Below are positions 37,460 through 46,472 of a stretch of DNA of 56,612 bases, piece after piece. Position 1 is the stretch's first letter, and each line of letters begins with the position of its first letter. The stretch is from Lenisia limosa (taxonomy: Eukaryota; Protista; Breviatea): NCBI GenBank assembly GCA_001655205.1, contig LPNZ01001133.1:1-56612 (forward strand), written 5' to 3'. Under the pieces are notes generated by a model. That model saw only the letters and a program-made list of their open reading frames with translations. It did no database searches and was not told the origin of the DNA. Position numbers and translations under genes: made by a program.

Positions 37460-40361
37460 TTACTTTTTTGCCTTCTTCTTTGGAGATTCATCAGATTTCT
37501 TTCGTCTCGCAAGAGGCTACACGCGATAAATAACATCAGGTGTTGAGGGTATAAATGTAAAAAGATAAGTTAAAATTACAATTGAGAAAACACCGAAGAA
37601 GTTCACAAGCATGAGAATTAAATCTGAAATCTGTTGGCAATACAACGAGATTGTAGTCAAGACTTCAGGACTGCCTACACTGGGGGCAGACTTTTCAGTC
37701 GTCTTCAGATCTTCCAAAGAAAACTAAAAATAGTAAAAAGAAGTGTTTATCATCTACAGAATAAGAGAAGTCCCATCAAACATCTTTTTCACTTTCAGAG
37801 CCTTCACTATCTTCTTCTGAAGTCACATAACCATCCGAAGCATCCTGAATCGGTGACCATATATGTAAGTATATCACTCCAAAAAGAAAATATGTAATCC
37901 TCCCACGGCTTGGGTTGGAAGAGGTCCGAAAGAGACCGCAATGGGTTCGCCAGGTTTGGAGTAGAAATTGGTTCCGTGTCCGGGCACTTCATTGACAGTC
38001 ATCTGTAAAGCGTTATTTTTATTTCCAAATCAGGTTGCTCCCAATTGGCCCCAAGCACGCACCCCTTTTTGAGAGGACGCGGAAGAGAGCGAGTAGTCTT
38101 CCAGGAACACAACCAGAACGGTAGTGTCGTCATGGACTTGGCGTCTCATTCCAGGGTCGAGACTGCGACTCTGCGACACATGGATGTTGTTCGTCTATTA
38201 GATCAAGATTGTAATGAAAGTTTTATCCAAAAAATAATCTCTCAACCCCCAGCACACAAACAGTTTCCCTCAAATCCACTTACAGAACTGGCTGTTGCAA
38301 TGGCTTTTCTCACAAGAATAGAAGCAATTTGATTCCTGGGGGTGCCTTCCCTCAGAGCAGTTTGAACCATATTGACAGCCATATCTGGACTCACGTGGTC
38401 GAACTGAAGAAGTAACTACCAAAAAAGGAGAATACCAGTCCGTCAGTAGCAAGGAGGATAAATTTAGTTTCAGCTTGTGCCACGTCAGCAACAAAAGGAG
38501 AATTTGTCAAGAAGGGCCTAAGAAGTGACAAGGTCAGCTGAAACTACTCAGGGAATTGTTTATGAAAGCTGGTATCCAAGGAATGACTCTGGAGAACCCG
38601 TCCTACTTTTGTGGCACCTTGGAAAAGTAGCCCTTGACAGAGGGAGAACGAAGGTAATGGTCACCCAATGAACGGGTTAACTGAAGATATGCTATATGGT
38701 TGGAAAGGGATTGAAGATATGCTATATGGTTGGAAGGGGGTTGGAGATATGCTATATGGTTGGAAGGGGATTGAAACTTCATACAATAAATACTGTTCTC
38801 AACAAACGATCTTCTTTGGACTGCCCCCACCTCCCACATTGAACTCGGGCAACTGGCTCATCACCCTCAATGTCCCAGGTCACGGCGTTCTTGGCCTTGT
38901 GCTGAGTCACAATTCTCATGGCCTCCGCGCCAACTCTCGCGTTGTGCTCACGTGACATGTTCACTGCAAGGAGGGTTTCCGAGCGGTGGAAGATTGGAGC
39001 TCTATGTTGTATAATTTTGGAAATACGGGTGGGGAAATAAGTTTGACTAGAAGATGAATAATAAAAAGCCCATGTGAGACAAAAAGGCGGTCAGCCCAAC
39101 CGACGTTTGAATGTTGATGTCAGAAGGGATCTAACTGGTTAAATCTCCTCAAAATAACAATAAAAAGCATCAATTTCTTACCTGAACCTTGGGGGAAGTT
39201 CCAGCAATACAATAAGAGTCACCCATATTGGCAGACACAATCTTATTCTACAGAATAAATGTCAATATAGTATAGGCAGCATGAAGAGGAAAAGTTATAC
39301 AAACACTGCAAGAGGGGCAATGAGTCAAAACATAAAGGAAGATGGGAAAGGAAAAAGATACAACTATTCTACTGGTTAGATGAGTGTCTAATTGTATTAT
39401 TGCTTAATTTCTGACTCCTTTAGGTTGCAGTAAGGGTATTCCCACCCCATGGAAAGTTATAAGGGGGGGGAGGGGGGAGGGGCATAATTACTCGGCTTTA
39501 TAATAACATATACCTGAATATTCATCTTTTGTACAACATATTATATTTATTATATGATATACCGTTGAAGGATGGCGAGGGTCTCATTTCTTTCATCCTC
39601 TTTGATCAATTTCTAAACTGTAGGGAAAAAGAGAAAGAAGAACCCCCCCACTCCTCCGGGGAAGAAGGCAGCAGCAACGACAGTGGCTCCAGTCCAAGAC
39701 CAGTCTGCACTCTCCTGCGACTTGGCAAGTGCAATGTTGTCGATCTGGTTGAAGACCCGCCACATCTACAACCGAACCGTTATGAGATTAAATATCCAAT
39801 TCGGCTGTTTTGGGTGATATCATTGATGTCCATTACAAAGAAGAAGTAATTGAGAAGGAGTGCATTCCAAAGTCATACCGCTAAAAAGAAAGAGTGGGGA
39901 TGACTATGAATAAAAATGCCTCGGAAAAGAGAACGTAACTTCAACACCATTATTAACACGCATCTGGCAAACCATGAAAGTCAGAACGGCAACTTCGTGG
40001 TTCTTAACATCGGTACTGTCAGCGTGGTCAACCTGGTTTATAAACAGCATGCACTTCATTTTTAAGATAACAGTTTTAAAAAATCACCACAAACTTGAGG
40101 GTGAGCGGTTGAAGAAATGTACTCGTCAGCTTTCTTCCTATAAGCTACCTTATTAGCCTTATATTCTTCAACTTCATTCCTAAAGAACATGATTGCCTTA
40201 GTGTTTAGCTCAGCAGAAACGTGGGTTCCACCATGCCCATCTGCAACCAGGTAGAAGTGGGGGCTGTCCGGATCCTTGGAATCTTGTGTCAAAGCAATAC
40301 CAGAATCTTCACATGTTGAATTGGCAGGGTAAACGGCAAAGGAGACTTCAGGAAAGAGCAT
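37460..40361 (-). CDS. PP2C/PPM phosphatase (PDP / plant clade-D-like)
   Basis: Motifs ANSTCED, FYLVADGHGG, WTGATVVAA, SANMGDSYVLL, MSREHNAR, RVQSYLQLTRSLGDHYL, FILLATDGLFDHVS and RRQVHDDTTVLVVFL. The splicing of the C-terminal extension is ambiguous. Confidence 0.93.
38682..38777 (-). repeat. 30-nt tandem repeat x3 spanning a 3' splice site
   Basis: tg(a/g)agatatgctatatggttggaa(a/g)ggg(a/g)t at 38682, 38712 and 38742. Confidence 0.95.
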
Positions 40362-40715
40362 TATGCTGCTCTAACTTAGACTGTGTTCGCGTTCGGGTTT
40401 TTACTCTTTGATTTTAAGTTAAATCTATATAACTGCTATATAACTATAACTATACCAATATACACGGCTACACGTACAAAAAAAAGGTATGAGAATGGTA
40501 TGTTAGCCTCCACTCCCAGGAACTATTAAAGTACTCTTACCACCAAAATTCCTGAACTCTTCTTGCCCCTTCCCTCCCTTCAAAAGGCAATAGATCAGGA
40601 TTTTGTTTAAAAAGAAGAGAGGAAGAAGAAAAAGTAGACAGAAGAACTTCAACGTTCCAAGCGCATAAACATCTCTCTCTTGTGTTTGCTGAAGGCTTGA
40701 CAAAAAACTAGCAAG

Positions 40716-43700
40716 ATGGGAGTCCGTGGACTTAGCGAGCAAATCCACTCCGGTCATGCAGGCAAGACCAACACTTTCAAAAGCAATGGGACTGAACCAG
40801 GTTGGTTCTTCATCTTCCTAGTGAATTCCTTTTTTGTTCCTCCACCTGCCTCCTCCACCCTGATGTTTTGACTGGTTTCTTGTTTTTCCTTTTATTAATT
40901 TTAGTAATTTCCAGACAAAGTCTTTGTCTTACTTTGCAGAAAGGCTCTTTCTTGTTGACCGTGGGGGCTTGATGAACTACTTCTTGCAGCCTGATGACAA
41001 TTCGGAGAACGAGACTTGGTTCTATTCTGGCCAGTTCAAGGAGTTGGGGGTGGTTTACTGCTGAGTGACCCTGTTCCTTTACCTTTTTATGAAGTTTTTT
41101 TGTTGAACTAGCATGGTTCGTTTTATTTCTTTGGTTCTTTTGTTAATCTTAAGCTCTTTTTCTTATTTCTTAGATTCTTTTTGCGGGTCTCAAACTTTAT
41201 CAAAAGTCTCAAGAAAGTGAATGTGAAGCTTTGTGTCTATTATGATGGTATGCTACACCTGCTTTTGATAATATTTGTTTTCATTGTTACAATGAATTGT
41301 CATCTTGGAAGCAATGATTGTATTTCATTCTTCCTCTCTGACCTTGAAAGGAGTTGATGAGTATCCGAAGCGTTTTTCTCTTGGGACACGAAGAAAGGCT
41401 ACGTGGGTTTGGATTTGAGAACAAACATATGTACTTCGATAGCCTATAATAGTATTATTTTCTTTCATATGCATATATAATAGTATGTGATTGTATTTTT
41501 TTTTCCTTATTACTATATGATGTATTATATATTTGATATGGATTAGATGTAATATGTAGAATATATCAAAGAATATATATTTGTATTCATACATACACAT
41601 TGATGCATATACATATGTATATATCCCAGAGCTCCAGTGGTTAGATATTGTAAATAAAAACAATCCTGACACAACAGGTTAAACAGAGTGACAGAAATGT
41701 GCGAAGAAGTTGCTGCTGAGAAGTTACCAACGAAAAGACACTTTCAAATTCCGATTGGTGTTTCGGTGTGAATTGAAGGCTTATCTTTTTTATAATTCGA
41801 GTCTAAAATGACATTTATTTCCTTGAGCCAAGGTTTGACATTTCATATACAGAGGGAGTTCCGCCGTCTTTTGAGCATTTTGGAGGTGGAAACGGTGCAG
41901 GCACATGGAGAAGCCGACATGTTCATTGCTTCGGAGTGTCTGAGGCGCCGCGCTTTCGCCATTCTTGGCAATGTTTGCGGCTTCCAAAAATAATGTGGTG
42001 TTTTTCATGACTAACGATTGGTAAATTTTTGGAATATATCACAATACCTGTAGTTGTTGAAATATATCACAATACCTGTAGTTGTTGGAATACCTGTAGT
42101 TGTAGAGCAGTTTTCCTTTTTGAGTAACATGTGTCTATGACTGTTTACTCCCCAGGATTCGGACTACTTCATCACTGATGCACCTTATGTTCCGTTAACG
42201 TCCGTGAAACAGTCTGTAAATGAGTCGGTGTCAATGGTGTTGTACCGCCGCCGCGATGTTGCTCGCCATTTGGGCTTGACGTCCGAATCTGTAAGGGGGG
42301 GGGGGGCATTTTGACTCTCTCAATACACTTAATGCTCTATCATCTACCAGTATATGGTTAGATCAAGTTTGGCTTACACTTTCAGATGCTTCCGTATTTT
42401 GCTGTATTAACGGGAAACGACCATGTTCGATCCTCTCTTCTGAGAGTGTTTCACGAGAGCATCGGTGTTCATGTTTGGAGGTTATCAGATAAAAAATGCT
42501 TTTTCAAAAAGGGTTACTTTTTTCACTTTTTAGAACAGTTATATTGTTGAAATTATCAAAAGAGTTGTTCGCTACGTCAATACTCATGAAAGAGAGTTAG
42601 CCCTTATTTTTTTGTTTAACAATTAGGCTGAAGAATGTTGCGTGGTTGGCCGGAAACACTTTTAAGAGTTCTCCAAGACCCCTTGGTATGGAATTGGGCT
42701 GACGGCGATGGCTGTAGCCCCAGGTTATTATTGGGAATTAGACTGACGGCGATGGCTGTAGCCCCAGGTTATTATTGGGAATTGGGCTGACGGCGATGGC
42801 TGTAGCCCCAGGTTATTATTGGGAATTATAATATTTTTGCAGAGTGGTGAAAGTTAATTGTTTATTCATCTTAGACATGGCGTATTTGGTTACAGATGCT
42901 GCGAAAGCCTATGACCTGGCTTCATACTCACAGTACCCCCTGAGGGTCGCTCCAGGTTGGTCAAGGCTTTTGCTGCTGGTTTTGGATTTATTGTTTAGCA
43001 TTTAAGCGGTTTATTCCTGAAGTGCCTTCGGACATTCAGGACCTTCATGAATCTTGCAAGTCAGTTTTGTAAAATTTTCGTCTTTATGTGTTTTTGTTTA
43101 TTGTGGCTTTTTTTAACCTGTGCTGCACTTTTGCGGCCAAAAAGACTTATTATTAGAATTGACAACACGTTTCTCCAACTTCTTGTTTGGGGAGAATACA
43201 AGCACGGTTGTCTGCTTGTGCCTGATGACTTGGTAGACAATGTCAGCCGGGGACAGGCTCTTTTTAAGGAGGTTTCATGTACTCTTGGCAATTTCAATTC
43301 TTTCATGTTACTTGAAGGAAGTATTATATAAGCCAAACAAGCAATGGGCGAGGAAGATTGAATGACCCTTCAGTCTCTCGCAGCTTATTGAATGACCCTT
43401 CAGTCTCTCGCAGCCCTCCGAAAAAGACTCTACGCCATCACTCTTGGTGGACCCTATGTCTCTTTCACCGAAGCGTCTCAGCCCATCGAAGTTAATATGT
43501 ATGGGGGGGGGGGCAAGCTGATACCCATTTCAAGTGTAAAAAGGCAAGTTTACAAGCAATTTCAAGCTAATATTTCATGATACTTTTTTTGTGACACTGC
43601 AGGTGTTCAGTTGACAACACAGAGCTTACAACTTCCGAGGAAAGGTGTGTTGAGTGGGTCGTGAAGCATCTACTGAGACACGTCTTCATGACTATTTTAG

Positions 43701-46289
43701 AATTGCAAGCCACCTTCCCGACTACTTACGTCCCCACCTCATGATTTTCACCGGTTTGGGGGAGGGGCTATCCATTAATAATACGTATGAATTCCCAGTA
43801 TAATTGGGATTTACTGACTAACAACGCAGGAAAGGAGCAGCAGCTTCAGGCCCCCTCAGTGTCAGTGCGCGAGAACTTCCCCAACTGTAAGCTTTAGGCC
43901 TTTATCTTCTGTGTACAGTTTTGACAGTTTTGATAGTTTTGACAGTTTTGATAGAAATGATTTGGTTTCATTTTCAAGCTGGAAACAAGATTGTTGATTT
44001 GAATTGGATTCGACTTGCCGAAGAGATCTTCCCCCTCCAAATTAGACCTGAAATGGGACTCTCAAGAAAACCAGAGTTGGGAGGTTGCGATTTATTTAAG
44101 TTCTGTTTTTTTTTGTTCCTCTGTTAAAATATATTTGGGCCAGTTATTTGTAGCTTTTTGGTATTTGTAGGAAGCTTCTTTGAAGGCACTGAATACTCGG
44201 GAAGTTCACAATTTAGGCCGAAGAAGGAAGAAAAGAAAAAGGGTCCTTCTGCTGATAGCCAGGTTATTATTGCAAGTGCGGGGGGTCACCATCAGAGAAT
44301 TATTGTCAGGATGAAAGGAACATTTTGACCAGCGTGACATTTTTTCTCTTTGATAAACTCAGGTGGCTCCTTTGATGATGCTCTTCTGGATATCAACACT
44401 GTTGTTCCCCAAGTTCCTGTGAGGAATGCTTTATTATTGCAACTTGGATTATATCATATGATACTTTCAAATAGTTTGAAATATCTTTTGTTTTAAGTTA
44501 AAATTATAATAATTATATACTATATATATATATACTATATAATAATTATAAATCTCTCATACCTCTTTCACTAGAATTTACGCTCTTTAGGCTCGACTCA
44601 CCCTGTGGCCTCCTATGACTGACTTATGGAGGATGAATGTCCAGACCAAATCCGTGGGATAGGGCAATTACTTTTGTCATCATCTTATTTTGCTCTAATT
44701 GGTTATATATGGCAAAAAGCCCTGACTGTATAGATGATTCTCTTCCAAAGCCTGACCCCCAACATTCCCTTCCCTTTGCAAGCCCCTACCAACTTCATGA
44801 CCCTCATCATCAATCTCCGCACTGGTTGGCTGGGAATGTGAAATATCATTCTGGTTTTCTGGCTTCTATGGACTACAAAAAGATAGGTTTTGTTAATAAA
44901 TATGGATTTCTCTGTAAATTTATGAGCATTTGAGTCATTGTTACTCTTTGCACCTTTCTGACGCAACCAGCCATCCTCCTTCCTTCCCCGATTCTGACTG
45001 AGTTGTCTTTCAATTGTCTCATTGCCACTGCCACGGCCAACATTGCCCCTCATAGTGTCCCAAAACCCGAAGGTTTGCCATGTTGATGGTGTGAGCGGTT
45101 GCTCACCCGCAAAACTTAATGGATTAAATATGGTTGCCCACCCACAAAAAAATGGTGATTCATTCCCAAAAAAATAAAAAAATAAAATAAAAAACTCATG
45201 CCTGGTCGGTGTGGAAAACAGTAGGAAAAATAGCTAAAATTTAAAACAAGGAAATATGTATAGAATCGCTTGAAGGACTAACAATAAAGAGAGAAAAAAA
45301 AGAGAAAAAAGGAGAAGGGGGCTCTGGCGGCGTGGACTGTCCGATTTCAATTTAGCCATCATAGTAAAAATTTTCCATGTTTAGAGGGGGAAAACACCTT
45401 GGTGGAGAGGTTAAACACTATGGCCGTCATATAATATATTTGTGGTTGAGCAACATACCAAATTATTAGTGGTTGAGCATGCTTGGTCATCCGATCTCAT
45501 AAAAGAGCGAATTTCTGTAACCATTTGTGACCCTTTTCAGCAAAGGTCACCCGAATTCCTGATCTATTGCTAGTATTATGCCATAATTTTTTTTCTACAC
45601 TGACTGTGGAAGTTAACATACCAGTTCTTTCAATTGACCAGTTTCAGATTTGACACTTGAGGCAATGCATCAGTCCTCCTCCTTTCTAGCTCTAGCCAAT
45701 ATGGTGGACCTTATTAATCAGGTGAGGGAGTCATTATCAATCAGGAGGCGTTTGCCTGTATTATTTGACATGAATACTGTCAGAGATGTGTACTAGAAAC
45801 ACCCTTTTGACGTTCCTGATTCACAATTTTAGGCTCTCGGCTCCCCCATTAGTCTCCCTATCCTTGCGTCTTGTTTTGATGGTGCTGTATTCCACTCATA
45901 TTACAAGAGGGTATGGCGGCGGTGTATTCACAAGAGGGTGTGGCGGTGTATTTATGCTCCGTTACTTTCCCTCATCTTTGCAATGCTCTTATTTGATTCT
46001 TAGTTCAAGAACAAAGAGAACCCGAGTTTGATCTGTTCTGCCCATCCCTCTCATTGGGATTCTTTCCAAAAAGTCAAGAACATCATCACATCAGGCATTT
46101 CAACTGGTTGGTGGCGATTGTCTCACTTGAGTTGAGTGACAGGACTTGACCATTTTAGCACACTATCTCCAAGAAGAAGACCTTCAAAAGAGGCTGAAGC
46201 CGTACTTCAACCCCGCACCCAAGGAGACATATGGTGACGAGTACTACACTCAAGATGATTGGAAGGACTTCGATAGTGCCGAAGTTTAG
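40716..46289 (+). CDS. Asteroid/FAM120-family PIN-like (XPG-related) domain protein
   Basis: Motifs MGVRGL, LVDRGGL, FIKSLKKVNVKLCVYYDG, VETVQAHGEADMFIA, AILGNDSDYFI, LPYFAVLTGNDH, and C-terminal MVDLINQALGSP..ASCFDGAVFHSYY. Confidence 0.85.
42031..42103 (+). repeat. 28-nt intronic tandem repeat (2.6 copies) carrying cctgtag decoy acceptors
   Basis: g(g/a)aatatatcacaatacctgtagttgtt at 42031 and 42059, with a partial copy at 42087. Confidence 0.9.
42690..42827 (+). repeat. 44-nt tandem repeat x3 spanning a CAG|GT 5' splice site
   Basis: ggaatt(gg/ag)(g/a)ctgacggcgatggctgtagccccaggttattattg at 42690, 42734 and 42778. Confidence 0.97.
43357..43414 (+). repeat. 30-nt repeat x2 spanning a 3' splice site
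   Basis: attgaatgacccttcagtctctcgcagc at 43357 and 43387. Confidence 0.95.
43915..43954 (+). repeat. 9-nt tandem repeat ttttga(c/t)ag x4-5
   Basis: AGs end at 43918, 43927, 43936, 43945 and 43954. Confidence 0.95.
45903..45952 (+). repeat. 27-nt repeat x2 spanning a 5' splice site
   Basis: acaagagg|gtatggcggcggtgtatt followed by acaagagg|gtgtggcggtgtatt. Confidence 0.85.
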
Positions 46290-46472
46290 TCCTATGGTTT
46301 GTTTTTTTTTTTTTGTTAAAGATGAAACATTTTCAGCCTTTATTTGATGCTAAACCCATTAAAGAAAAAAATAAAGTTCCTTTATTAAAGTGATGGGCTT
46401 ACTCCTCAATTGAACACTCTTCTTAGAAATCAGCTTTAATAATATGAGAATACAATATGAGACTAGCATTAG

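Noticed and set aside
37517-37717. C-terminal transmembrane anchor on the PP2C
   Set aside because: Alternative splicing models remove the hydrophobic stretch; this cannot be decided without cDNA.
41325-41672. 115-aa minus-strand ORF
   Set aside because: AT-rich intron sequence of the plus-strand gene with biased composition.
42690-42827. CRISPR-like direct repeats
   Set aside because: The repeats are contiguous with no unique spacers, lie in a eukaryotic gene at a splice junction, and no cas genes are present.
44590-45053. Separate gene or Sec-type in-frame TGA (ORFs 44637+ and 44703-)
   Set aside because: The region is explained by spliced exons of the Asteroid/FAM120-like gene in another frame.
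45320-45560. U5, U1, 5S or SRP RNA identity (GTGGAGAGG, ATTTGTGG, CCGATCTC, TGGCGGCGTGGACTGT)
   Set aside because: The diagnostic elements are absent (U5 loop GCCUUUUAC, U1 ACUUACC, SRP helix 8), so it is kept only as an unassigned candidate.
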